Positions 28,311 to 38,565 are shown, numbered from the stretch's first letter. The stretch is DNA of 64,000 nucleotides from Acidimicrobiia bacterium (GCA_036985755.1 BTQG01000002.1:2277-66276), one strand, 5' to 3'. The notes: generated by a model not told the origin, from the letters alone. Program-made: numbers and translations.

Positions 28311-29795
28311 TCAGCAGAAGAGTTGGATCTCGACGCCGAGCAGCGCGGCCTCGTCCTCGATCGGGGCACAGGCTTCTTCGATGTTGGGGATGTCGGAGAC
28401 GATCTCCTCCAACGACGTAAGAGAGTCCGACGTAGCCACCGCGGCGACGATCTCGTCCCTCCTCTCCGCTATTTCGCCAAATACAGCCAGCAGATTGTCG
28501 TGAACGGCCTGAAGAGAGCGGGGCGCGCTGAGCTCGGCAGCCGCCTGGTAGCTGCGCGTAACACCGGCGAAGAGCAGGTCGAAGACAACGGCAATGGCGG
28601 CACTGTCGTACTCACCCCCAGCTAAGGCGGCTTCGAGGGCAGGGTCGGAGAAGGCGGATTCGAACGAAGCTTCGAGGTTACTCAAGGCGGCTTCGGCTGC
28701 TTTGAGATACGCCTCCTCTTCTGCGGTAGCCTCGCTTCCGGGCAGGACCGGTGAACCGGCGAGCGTCCCGACGAAGTCGGAGTAGAAGGCATCGGGATCG
28801 GGAACGGCGAATGCAACTGTCGCCGAGTACCCACCGTCGTTTCGTGCGGTGCGACCGTCGTCACTGCCCCCCTCAACCACGACGATCGTGATCTCCTCGG
28901 TCGACACGTGGTCGTCCCCGGCGGCCACGGACGCGGCAAGCTCGTCCCAGAACTGGTAGAAGCCGCTCGTAACCGCAGGGAAGCTGCGAACCATCAGGCT
29001 CAGATAGGCAATGGCATCGCTCTGCTCCGCGTCGTCGAGCAGTCTCTGGTAGAAGCCGGGGACCGGGACGAAGTTGGTCGCATCGAGAGGAACGAGCGTT
29101 ACCGGGACACCGGAGGCGAGGACGGTGGCGGCGGCGGGCACGTCGATCCAAACGTTCCATTCGGCATTGGCGCCGAAGACATTGCCGGGGGCATCTACGG
29201 CGCCACCCATGATGACGATGCGCTGCAGGTCTCCAGCGAGGCCGGGATGCCGGTCGAAGGCCCTGGCCACGTTGGTCAGCGGAGCAACTGCGTAAAGCAC
29301 TACGGGGCGATCTGCCGCAGCGGCCACTTCGGCAATCAGGTCGGGGCCCGACAGATCCGACGCCTTCGCCGTCGACTCTGGTAGCCCGAAGGTGAGGCTC
29401 TCTTGACCGGCGAGGAACTCCTCCGGCCACTCTCGAGCACCGTAGGGCACCTCGGGGTCGCAGGCCACGGGGATCCCCTCCCGGTCGAACATGGCCAAAA
29501 TGCCAAGCGTCACCTCGATGCCGAGATCACATCCCGCCTCACCGGTCACCGGCAGTGACACTGCGATCACCTCAACGTCGGGATGAGCTAGCAGGTACAT
29601 CAGCCCGCCAACGTCAGAGACCGTCGGGCTGTAGTCGACGATGACCAGCGTTGGGCCGCCCTCGGCCGCAGCCGTAGTGGTGGTAGTCGATGTCTCGATC
29701 TCAACCGTGGTGGTCGTCGTCTGCGAGCCCGAATCGCAGGCGGCGGTGAGTAGACCAAGTGCGGCCACGGCGGCTAGGAGTGGTGGCCACCTCAT
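28311..29795 (-). CDS. Nucleoside-hydrolase-like lipoprotein with degenerate N-terminal Asp motif and ~170-aa C-terminal extension
   Basis: Lipobox LLTAAC. The IU-NH-like core is present, but the canonical DxDxxxDD is replaced by VDYSPTVSDVGG. The C-terminal helical domain is unrelated to IU-NH. Confidence 0.65.
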   Translation of the reverse strand: MRWPPLLAAVAALGLLTAACDSGSQTTTTTVEIETSTTTTTAAAEGGPTLVIVDYSPTVSDVGGLMYLLAHPDVEVIAVSLPVTGEAGCDLGIEVTLGILAMFDREGIPVACDPEVPYGAREWPEEFLAGQESLTFGLPESTAKASDLSGPDLIAEVAAAADRPVVLYAVAPLTNVARAFDRHPGLAGDLQRIVIMGGAVDAPGNVFGANAEWNVWIDVPAAATVLASGVPVTLVPLDATNFVPVPGFYQRLLDDAEQSDAIAYLSLMVRSFPAVTSGFYQFWDELAASVAAGDDHVSTEEITIVVVEGGSDDGRTARNDGGYSATVAFAVPDPDAFYSDFVGTLAGSPVLPGSEATAEEEAYLKAAEAALSNLEASFESAFSDPALEAALAGGEYDSAAIAVVFDLLFAGVTRSYQAAAELSAPRSLQAVHDNLLAVFGEIAERRDEIVAAVATSDSLTSLEEIVSDIPNIEEACAPIEDEAALLGVEIQLFC

Positions 29796-29842
29796 CTGGA
29801 GCGAAACCTACCGGGTACTGCAATCCTGAGTTCGCTCTTTTC

Positions 29843-29874
29843 GCCGCTCATCCGGTATGCCGGATGAGCGGCGA
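29843..29874. terminator. Perfect 14-bp-arm hairpin downstream of the minus-strand membrane-protein gene
   Basis: CGCCGCTCATCCGG-tatg-CCGGATGAGCGGCG. Confidence 0.45.
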
Positions 29875-29982
29875 CAAAGTGGAACCACGAGCCGCCAGCC
29901 CCCGGGCAGGGGCACGTGCCCGAATCGATGCTGCCGACGATCTGTACAACGACCTCGACCGCGGGCTCAACACGACCAACGA

Positions 29983-31269
29983 TTAGACCTCGGCATCTTC
30001 GCGGTCCGGCGTCGGCGCCCGAGTGGGCCCGGCCATCACCTCGACGAGCACCACCACGCCGAGGACCGCGGCAAAGGTGGCGATCACGAGCAGACCGCTC
30101 GGAGTGGGCCCGAAGAGCACGAACAACAGACCGAGGGTCGTCACGACCACCTGAATCGTCCGCTTCCACTCGGCAAGGAACGTCGTGAACCCGCTCGGCT
30201 CCTCCTCCGTCGGTCTCCTCCATCCGTCGATCGTCTTCGCGCCCCAGGAACTCAATCGCTGTGCACGCGTCGACGGACCCAACAGCCATGCGAGCAAACC
30301 AACGATGAGCGCCAACACCAACAACGCCCAGGTGAAAGAAGTCAGCCTGCTGAACGTCGTGTCCCAGACGGCGATACCGGCCTCTCGTGCCAGGTCGTCT
30401 TCGATTCCCCCGAGCACGGCGTTCTGCGCCACCCTGTCCGCCGCCAGTTGGATCAACATGGCGATCGCCGTTGCGAAACCGAGGATGGCCACCATGCGTC
30501 TCCGATCGACGGCAACCCATACCGCGGCAGCGATCAGGAGCAGTGCCACCACGGGGAGGACCCAACCGGCGGTGCTGATCCCCTGGGCCACCCCCTGGGC
30601 GGTCGCAAGCTCATCGCTCTCATAGATGACGATCGAGCCCAATTCGAAGTCGATATCGGGCAAATCGACCCCGCCAGCTTCGACCCGATCCACGATCACG
30701 ACAGCCAACTCGTCGAGGTTGATGGCGATCTGGCCGTTCTCACTCTGCAGCGCCCCGTCGTTGCCGGTGAGTAAGGCGCTCACCGCAATGTGGGTACCGC
30801 GCAAGTTCACCGCCCACACGGTGGCGGCGGCGTCGGACCGGATGACTTCGTTGGCGGCCCGTGCAATCAGCTGCTCGATCGAAGCGGTGATCGGAGCGGC
30901 AAGAAGACTCAGCTCATCGGGGAGGCGGTCGGCGACGAACGTTTGCACCTCTTGTGATTCGACGATACCGCTGGCGACGCGGGTCGAGAGGAACTCGGCC
31001 ACGGCATCGTCTTGGGTGAGGCCATCGAAGGTTGCGACAAACTGGTCCTCATCCTCGAGGGTCGTCTTCAGCCACAGCGCATCGACGGCGACGACAAGGG
31101 TGAGGATGGCGAGCACGGCGAGGGTGCCGGCAAGCACCTTCCTCCACACCGGGTGGCGTTCCGGCTGCGATTCGAGTTGCGTCCGGAGCGCCTCATTCTC
31201 TTCCCTCAACGCGGTGATCTCGGTCAGGTCGACGACGTCGTCGGCCTGTGATTTTAGTTCATCAGCCAT
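29983..31269 (-). CDS. Hypothetical membrane protein with N-terminal coiled coil
   Basis: MADELKSQADDVVDLTEITALREENEALRTQLES..., then multiple TM helices. It lies downstream (same strand) of the Prx-like gene. Confidence 0.55.
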   Translation of the reverse strand: MADELKSQADDVVDLTEITALREENEALRTQLESQPERHPVWRKVLAGTLAVLAILTLVVAVDALWLKTTLEDEDQFVATFDGLTQDDAVAEFLSTRVASGIVESQEVQTFVADRLPDELSLLAAPITASIEQLIARAANEVIRSDAAATVWAVNLRGTHIAVSALLTGNDGALQSENGQIAINLDELAVVIVDRVEAGGVDLPDIDFELGSIVIYESDELATAQGVAQGISTAGWVLPVVALLLIAAAVWVAVDRRRMVAILGFATAIAMLIQLAADRVAQNAVLGGIEDDLAREAGIAVWDTTFSRLTSFTWALLVLALIVGLLAWLLGPSTRAQRLSSWGAKTIDGWRRPTEEEPSGFTTFLAEWKRTIQVVVTTLGLLFVLFGPTPSGLLVIATFAAVLGVVVLVEVMAGPTRAPTPDREDAEV

Positions 31270-31377
31270 GGGTGCCCTCCCTGTGAAACCGCCCCGAGAA
31301 CAGTGGGATCGGCTGCCGGCCCGAAGCACGACCCGAGGGATTCTAGGTTTGCCCCCGTTCCTTGCGTGTGGGCGATA

Positions 31378-32061
31378 TCAGTCCTGCGCGAGAGAATTCC
31401 TGAGTTCCTGGACGGCCTCGATGTAGCGGTCCATCTCGGCGACGTATGCCTTGGCATCGGCTTTGAACTCCGCGCCGAGCTCTCTATGCCTGAGACCAAG
31501 GGCCTGGACCGCGAAACGGGCCCCCTTGAGGTAGTAAGGAAGACCGTCGAGCGGCATCGCCCTCTTTCCCGGCTCGGGCACTCCCGGTGTCGGTGCCTGC
31601 TGGGACGTTGGCCCGAGGCCGAGGCCCTGTACCACCTCGAGCACATCGTGTTCGGGAAGCCGGTCGGCGTAATCACGCGAGACGAAGCGGAAGGCTTCGT
31701 TGCCTTCACCGTCGACGAGGATCATCGCGGGACGGGCGAGGTTGCGCAGGTCGTCTGGGTCGGCCACACCGTACGGCTCGATCGCCAGCGACCGGTCGGG
31801 ATCGGAGAGCACGGGGAACGGGAGCTGCAGGCTTGCCACGATGGCGGCATGTTGACCGACGGAGTCCACGGAGATGGAAACGACCCGGGCACCGGCGTCG
31901 AGGAACTCCTGGTGTCGTGAAGCCAAGCTGACCAGCTGGCCGCCACAGTACGGTCACCAGTCTCCACGATTGAACACGAGCAGCATTGCCGCATCGCGGT
32001 GCTCGGAAAGCGTCCAGGGGTCTCCGGCCTGATCGGGAAGCGTGAAGTCGGGAACAGCCAT
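31378..32061 (-). CDS. Candidate selenoprotein: AhpC/TSA-2 (Prx-like) thioredoxin-fold protein with in-frame UGA (compl. 31954-31956) at the first Cys of the W-C-P-x-C motif
   Basis: Translated from the ATG (compl. 32059-32061): MAVPDFTLPDQAGDPWTLSEHRDAAMLLVFNRGDW-U-PYCGGQLVSLASRHQEFLDAGARVVSISVDS... It continues in the same frame to 31378. The track ORF 31378..31926 is the C-terminal part only. Confidence 0.55.
31922..31940 (-). promoter_or_regulatory. SECIS-like hairpin 13 nt 3' of the in-frame UGA
   Basis: mRNA: UGA-ccguacuguggcg-GCCAGCU-GGUC-AGCU(U)GGC. It has a 7-bp stem with a bulged U and a GGUC apical loop. Confidence 0.45.
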
Positions 32062-32098
32062 CAGCGCTGATCGTAGAGCGATAGGCGTCGCGTTGCCG

Positions 32099-32638
32099 CT
32101 ACCGGACCGCGTACCGCGGTCCGTGGCCCGGCACGATCATCGTTGCCAGCTCCAGTACCCTGGCGCGATGCTGCTCCAGCAGTTCGGGGTTGGTGGCGAG
32201 CCGATCATTGCCTGCACCTTCGAACACCCATAGGTGGGTCAGTGCCGCTACTCCATCGTCGGTGTCCACCAGGGTGGTGATGTCCTGCGGGGTGTGGCCG
32301 GGTGTTTCGAGCAGACGAACGCCGGGGGACAACTGCACGCCCTCCGCGGGGCGCGAGATCCATCGGTCATGGTGGTAGATCGCCCAGTGGTCGTGGATCC
32401 GCACGTCGGGAAAGAGGGCGATGTTGATCGTGTGGTCTGGATGATGGTGCGAGATGATGACGTCGGTCACCTGCTCGACCGGCACCCCGAGCCCGGCCAG
32501 TGGGTCGAGGATGGAAGCCCGCGACGGCACCATCCCCGGGTCGACGATCGCAACCAGGTCGCCGTCGCGAATCAGGCTCACCGTGCTGGCCACGCCGTCG
32601 CCGCCGTACCCGTCGAACAGCACGTCCAGTCTCGCCAC
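32099..32638 (-). CDS. MBL-fold metallo-hydrolase
   Basis: IISHHHPDHT (HxHxDH), GHTPQD and a later HG. It lies 37 nt upstream of the Prx-like candidate selenoprotein on the same strand. Confidence 0.8.
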   Translation of the reverse strand: MARLDVLFDGYGGDGVASTVSLIRDGDLVAIVDPGMVPSRASILDPLAGLGVPVEQVTDVIISHHHPDHTINIALFPDVRIHDHWAIYHHDRWISRPAEGVQLSPGVRLLETPGHTPQDITTLVDTDDGVAALTHLWVFEGAGNDRLATNPELLEQHRARVLELATMIVPGHGPRYAVR

Positions 32639-32737
32639 CGGTCTGCTCCTTCACTTGCTCGGAACATTCTGGTGCATCGCAGGTTGGTCTGCTGTATGTC
32701 GCCGTCGAAGGCAGCAGACCGTTCTAGTGAGGTGTTC

Positions 32738-33043
32738 TTGCAGATAGACATCAGCGACGACGCAATCGATTTGGCCCGCAAGAAGGGCGGTCGCATCGCC
32801 CTCGACTTCATCACACCAGTCGGCTGAGGAAAGCCGGCTGAGGTGTCGGTCGACACCAACACAATGGGCAAGAACCTCGACCCCTACAGGCGGGTGCAGC
32901 GCGACGATGTGGAGTTCTTGGTGCCGCGCAATCTGACCCGCTGGGCAGACAACCTGACCGTGCATGCCAAAAAGACCATGCTCGGGACTCGTTTCATCGT
33001 CGAGGCCGGCCACGCCCACGCCCCCGGCTGCCAACACGGCTGA
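32738..33043 (+). CDS. Candidate small selenoprotein (about 101 aa) with IscA/HesB-like layout and in-frame UGA at 32825-32827 in a G-U-G motif
   Basis: A GAGGTG SD lies 5 nt before the TTG start: MQIDISDDAIDLARKKGGRIALDFITPVG-U-GKPAEVSVDTNTMGKNLDPYRRVQRDDVEFLVPRNLTRWADNLTVHAKKTMLGTRFIVEAGHAHAPGCQHG. Track ORFs 32234..32827 (3' end) and 32843..33043 are in the same frame, separated only by this TGA. The alternative ATG is at 32696. Confidence 0.45.
32842..32857 (+). promoter_or_regulatory. SECIS-like hairpin 14 nt 3' of the in-frame UGA
   Basis: GGUGUC-GGUC-GACACC: a perfect 6-bp stem with a GGUC loop, the same loop as the neighbouring candidate. Confidence 0.45.
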
Positions 33044-33110
33044 GCCCGGGTCAGGGTTGCGAAACGGACGAACAGGGCCTTGGATCAGATCGATCACGAG
33101 AGGGCACACC

Positions 33111-33509
33111 ATGAAAACGGTGCTGGCGGCGCTTTCGGTCATCAATGGCCTGATGGGGTTGACGCTGCTCGGCCTATTCGTGGTGACCGCTGACACCCCG
33201 CTCGTGGTGGCGGCGCTGAGCATCGGGCTCCTCATCCAGGCCGGATACACCCTGGCCTACATGGCCGGTGTGCTGGATGCTCGGCACAAGTGGTCGCTGC
33301 GGGCGCTGCTGGCAGGCCAGACCGTGGCGCTGCTGGTGGGATTCTTTGGTTTCGCGTCCTCGGCGCTGTACAACATCAATCCCGCGGGAGGCGACTACGA
33401 GTACGGGCCGCTGACCGTCGGTGCGCTCATCGCCGCGCAGGCAGCCGTGGCGTTGTGGATCTACGCCGTGGTAGACCGACCCGAGCGTGTCCGCGCACCT
33501 CACGCCTGA
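33111..33509 (+). CDS. Small hypothetical membrane protein (4 TM)
   Basis: MKTVLAALSVINGLMGLTLLGLFVV... It lies directly downstream of the small candidate selenoprotein. Confidence 0.5.
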   Translation: MKTVLAALSVINGLMGLTLLGLFVVTADTPLVVAALSIGLLIQAGYTLAYMAGVLDARHKWSLRALLAGQTVALLVGFFGFASSALYNINPAGGDYEYGPLTVGALIAAQAAVALWIYAVVDRPERVRAPHA

Positions 33510-33579
33510 CTACGAGCGAACGGTCCTGACCCGGCGGGTTCTCGGCGGGAGGCCGGCACGGCGAGGTGAGACGGTGGCT

Positions 33580-34344
33580 CTACTGCGCGGTCCAGGCTCC
33601 ATCCACCACCAGAACGTGACCCGACACCATCGCCCCGGCGGCTGATGCCAAGTAGATCACGGCAGCGGCGACATCGGATGTCGTTCCAACCCGACCGATC
33701 GGAAGGCGACTCAGGACCTGCTCCAGGTACTCGGGCTGATCCAAGCGCTCGGCGGTGCCCGGGGTGTAGATGAACGTTGGCGCCACCGCATTGACGGTCA
33801 CCCCCCGACGCGACCACTCGAGAGCCAGCACCTTGGTGAGCAGGTTCACTCCCCCCTTGCTGGCGCTGTAGACGGAGTGGTCCTCGATACCCACCACACC
33901 AGCCTGGGAGCTCATGTTGATGATCCGTCCCCGGCCCTGGGCGAGCATGAGGCGCCCGGCTGCCTGACAGGAGAAAAACAGCCCCCGCAGATTGACTGCC
34001 ATCATCTCGTCCCAATCCGATTCGGTGACGTCCTCTGCTGGTTGATTGGCTCCGAGACCGGCGTTGTTGACCACCACATCGAGCGAGCCGAAGTGCTGGT
34101 GAACCTGTTCGAACGCGACGCCGATCTCGCTTACGCTCCGCACATCGAGCTGCACGGCGATGGCGTCTCCGCCGTCAGCCCGAATCTCGCTCGCCAGCAG
34201 TTCGAGGGATTGCAGGTCGCGGGCGACAACCGCCACCACAGCTCCTGCCTCGGCCAACGCCTTGGCCAGATCCCAACCGATGCCTCTGCTGGCGCCGGTT
34301 ACCAGCGCCACCTGGCCGTCCAGGCGGAAATCCGGATACTCCAT
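33580..34344 (-). CDS. SDR family oxidoreductase (FabG-like)
   Basis: VTGASRGIG, NNAG and catalytic S...YSASK. Confidence 0.85.
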   Translation of the reverse strand: MEYPDFRLDGQVALVTGASRGIGWDLAKALAEAGAVVAVVARDLQSLELLASEIRADGGDAIAVQLDVRSVSEIGVAFEQVHQHFGSLDVVVNNAGLGANQPAEDVTESDWDEMMAVNLRGLFFSCQAAGRLMLAQGRGRIINMSSQAGVVGIEDHSVYSASKGGVNLLTKVLALEWSRRGVTVNAVAPTFIYTPGTAERLDQPEYLEQVLSRLPIGRVGTTSDVAAAVIYLASAAGAMVSGHVLVVDGAWTAQ

Positions 34345-34355
34345 GCACCACCCTC

Positions 34356-34733
34356 CTAGAGGTCGAACGCCTGTCGCGCTGCCTCCAGGTTGGCGACGCC
34401 GAGCATGACCCGGTCTCCTGTCGCAAGCGAGAGCAGGTAGACCCCTGCGCTCGCCTCATAGGCGGTGCGGGCAACGCTCGCCAGACCACCCGGTCGATCC
34501 TCGAGCGGCACGACGAGTACCTCTCGGGCGTCAACGGTCAAGAAGTCGGCGCCCGTCAACACCTCCTGGGCGCGATCAGCCACAGCATCCTCGACCACTA
34601 CGTGCACCACCCTGTGATGTTCCCGTGAGAACGACACCGCAGCCTCGACATTGATGTCGGCGGCAGCGAGCGCTTCCCAGATCTCGGGAACCGCTCCACC
34701 CCGCTCCGGGATCAGGATCGTGATGTCTTTCAT
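34356..34733 (-). CDS. Hypothetical small protein, possibly tandem ACT-like
   Basis: 125 aa with two repeated ~55-aa halves. No motif recognised with confidence. Confidence 0.4.
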   Translation of the reverse strand: MKDITILIPERGGAVPEIWEALAAADINVEAAVSFSREHHRVVHVVVEDAVADRAQEVLTGADFLTVDAREVLVVPLEDRPGGLASVARTAYEASAGVYLLSLATGDRVMLGVANLEAARQAFDL

Positions 34734-34839
34734 TGTTACTCCTCCTTGTCACTGCGTCGCCAAACGATCGCGGGCCACTCTCGAATTCACGCCGAACCCG
34801 CCATCGGTCGACTGCACCAAGCGTTGGTAGACTCCTCGG

Positions 34840-35394
34840 GTGCGTCGAGCACTCGTTTTCACCGTGCTGGCGGCGACGATCGTCGTCGGTGTTCTGTTGA
34901 TCACTCGGCCACACAGCCCTCCCGCCCTTCGATTCGATGAGACCGTTCCCGACGATCTCCGCACCCTCGCCACCGGGACCTGGCAGGACTTCCTCACGGC
35001 CCACCGGGGGCGGCAAGATTGTTTTCCCCCGGTTGCCCTCAGCGCGGCGTGGGAGCTGGACGATCGCGCCGAGTACCGGCCGGGCTCGGCGACCGTGCTC
35101 ATCCGGGTCCCGGGAACCGCGGCGAACCTGCGCCGCGGGCTGATCCACGAGTTCGCCCACCATGTCGAATTCACGTGCCCGGAGCATGCGGAACTCCGTC
35201 CGGAGTTCCTCGCTGCACAAGGTTTTCCCGCTTCGACCGACTGGTTCGGCGGCGACGGGTGGGAAACGACACCGTCCGAACAGTATGCAGAAGCCACCGT
35301 CGAAGTAGTGCTCGGACGCCGAGCGCACCACGGCGGCATCGTCATCTCGGACGAAGCAGTCGCCATCGTCCGTCGATGGGGATCTGGTTCCTGA
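34840..35394 (+). CDS. Membrane-anchored hypothetical protein with HExxH (HEFAHH) motif
   Basis: GTG start, an N-terminal TM helix (FTVLAATIVVGVLLI), then a soluble domain with HEFAHHVEF. Confidence 0.5.
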   Translation: MRRALVFTVLAATIVVGVLLITRPHSPPALRFDETVPDDLRTLATGTWQDFLTAHRGRQDCFPPVALSAAWELDDRAEYRPGSATVLIRVPGTAANLRRGLIHEFAHHVEFTCPEHAELRPEFLAAQGFPASTDWFGGDGWETTPSEQYAEATVEVVLGRRAHHGGIVISDEAVAIVRRWGSGS

Positions 35395-35498
35395 GTACAC
35401 CACGCTGCGCACTGTTCCCTCGTCTACCTCGCTCGGCACGCTGCAAAGCCGATTGTGCTCGGGCCGGGTCCACATGCAGCCCGCGCCGGAAGGTCAAT

Positions 35499-36385
<887 letters not shown>

Positions 36386-36389
<4 letters not shown>

Positions 36390-37465
36390 CGTGCAGCCGC
36401 CTTTTGCCGTATGAAGTTGTTGAATATCACCGCGATCACGAGCACGACTCCCACAAACACCTGGAACCAATCGCCGTCCACCCCGGTGATGATGATGCCC
36501 TGTTGCACCATGGCGAAGATCAGGGCCCCGAACGAAGCTCCGATCGCCGAGCCGTACCCACCGGTGAGCAGCGTTCCGCCCACCACCACTGCGATGATCG
36601 CCGTGAACTCCAACCCGAAGCCCCGCAGCGTGTCCGATCCGGTGAACTGAACTGCCTGAATGACCGCCACGAGGAATGCGGCAAAAGCCGTTCCCATGAA
36701 GAGCGCAATCTTCACCAGGTTCACCGGCACACCGACGTTGCGGGCTGCGTTGGCGTCTCCACCCGTGCCGTAGATCCAGTTGCCCTGACGGGTGCGAAGC
36801 AGGATCCAAGTGCCCACCGCCGCCATCGCAAACCACCACAGGATCGACACTCTAAAGCTGGTCCCGAAGAGCTTGATCTCGCTGGCGAACAGTGTATCGG
36901 CAAGGGCAAACCCGGAGACTTCGTCCAGGTTTCCCAACTGTGTTCGATTGGTGAACAGTCTGGCCAAAGCGATCGTCAAACCTCGGAAAATGAACAGGGT
37001 GGCCAGCGTGATGATGAACGATGGCAATTTCGTGGCGACCACCAGGGTGCCGTTGAAGACCCCGATCACCAGGGCCAACACGAGCGCTGCGAATATTGCC
37101 GGCCAAAGCGACCATCCGAACCCACCGCCGCTTGACGGGGTGATCAGCACCATGATCGTCATGCCGGCAAAGCCGAGGATCGAGCCGATCGACAGGTCGA
37201 ATTCGCCACCGATCATGAGCAGGGCGACCGCGACCGCCAGTATCCCGAGCGGGGCGGCTCGGTTCATGATTGCCGAGAACGTCGCCCAGCTGGCGAAATT
37301 GTTGTCGTTGGCAACGATCGCAAAGAACACCCAGACCAGGACTGCTCCCAACCCTGCGCCGAACTCCGGCCGCGACAACAACTTGGTCAGGCGACTGACT
37401 TTCCTGATCCGCTCGTCTGCTTCCGGTGGTCCCGCGCTCGGCGGAGATTCGGTTTCGGATACCAA
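36386..37465 (-). CDS. Sugar ABC transporter permease (CUT2, ribose/xylose-type)
   Basis: 10 TM segments and an AraH/RbsC-like pattern. Confidence 0.85.
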
Positions 37466-37545
37466 GTCGTCTCCCTCCGTTGGTGGTTGCGGGTGACCGG
37501 GCCCGCCCGAAGGCGGGCCCGGTCAGCCGTTTGCTCGTGCTGCCT

Positions 37546-38565
37546 CTAGCGCAGACCCTGCTCCGAGAAGCTGATCACATCAGCCGCAACATCGGCGGTC
37601 ACGATCTGCGGACCAGTCAGGATCACTCGATTGACACTGCCGAGCGGCAGCGCTCCGGTCTCCAGGAACTTGGTCAGCAATACGACCGGCAGGTAACCCT
37701 GCAGGTACTGAGCCTGATCGATGGCGAACATCATGTCGCCGGCGATGATGGCGTCGAGCACGTCAGGGGACATGTCGAATGTCGCGAACCTCGTCGTGCC
37801 GAGCAGCCCTGCACTCTCGAGAGCGGCAAGCGTCGGCTGGGCACCGGTCGGGCCCAGCGTCAAGATGCCGTCGACGGGATTGGCCTGCAATGCACCGGCA
37901 ACCGTTTCCTGGGCACCGGTCGGGTCGGCAAGGTCGACGGGGATGACGGGGACGTCGACCCCGAGGCCATCCTCAAAGCCCTGACAGCGGAGATCGAGGG
38001 CAACGTTGCCCACTTCCTGGTTCACACAGATGGCGCTGCCGACACCTGCGGCCGCGAACCGTTGACCCGCAATCAGGCCGGCTTCGTATTCGGTCTGACC
38101 AACGTGCACCAACACGCCAAGGTCGGCGAATACGTCGCTGCCCGAGTTCATCGAGATCACCGGGATGCCGGCGGCAACCGCGGCCCGGATCGAATCGCCG
38201 AGGGCATCGGCATCAGGGATCGTCACGATCAGCCCGTCGGGTTGTGACGCCACAGCGGCGTCGATGATGGCGCTCATCTCGACCATGTCGAACGTGCCGG
38301 GTGACTGGTACTCGACGGTGACACCCATGTCCTCGCCTGCGTCTTTCACCCCGTTGGCCGCTACCGACCAGAAGGGATCCGACGACTGTCCGTGCGAGAC
38401 AACCACGAAGCGGAAGTCCCGCTGCATGACCGCGTCACCATCACCGGAGGCAACCGTTGTGGCGCCCTCGTCGCCCGCCGTGGTCGTCGTATCGTCGCTG
38501 CTGCTGCACGCGGCAACGACGAGCGCAAAGGCCAGCAGGGCTGCCAGCCAAATAGTTCTCTTCAT
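37546..38565 (-). CDS. Periplasmic sugar-binding lipoprotein (type I PBP)
   Basis: [25 protein letters not shown] (lipobox) followed by a PBP1 fold. The start was set at the ATG at 38565. Confidence 0.8.
   Translation of the reverse strand: MKRTIWLAALLAFALVVAACSSSDDTTTTAGDEGATTVASGDGDAVMQRDFRFVVVSHGQSSDPFWSVAANGVKDAGEDMGVTVEYQSPGTFDMVEMSAIIDAAVASQPDGLIVTIPDADALGDSIRAAVAAGIPVISMNSGSDVFADLGVLVHVGQTEYEAGLIAGQRFAAAGVGSAICVNQEVGNVALDLRCQGFEDGLGVDVPVIPVDLADPTGAQETVAGALQANPVDGILTLGPTGAQPTLAALESAGLLGTTRFATFDMSPDVLDAIIAGDMMFAIDQAQYLQGYLPVVLLTKFLETGALPLGSVNRVILTGPQIVTADVAADVISFSEQGLR

Noticed and set aside
31924-31926. TTG start used by the track for ORF 31378..31926
   Set aside because: It would produce a thioredoxin-fold protein missing its first strand and the CxxC motif. 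The upstream in-frame 35 codons with a proper ATG and the motif-positioned TGA fit a readthrough (Sec) model better. A truncated pseudogene remains the alternative.
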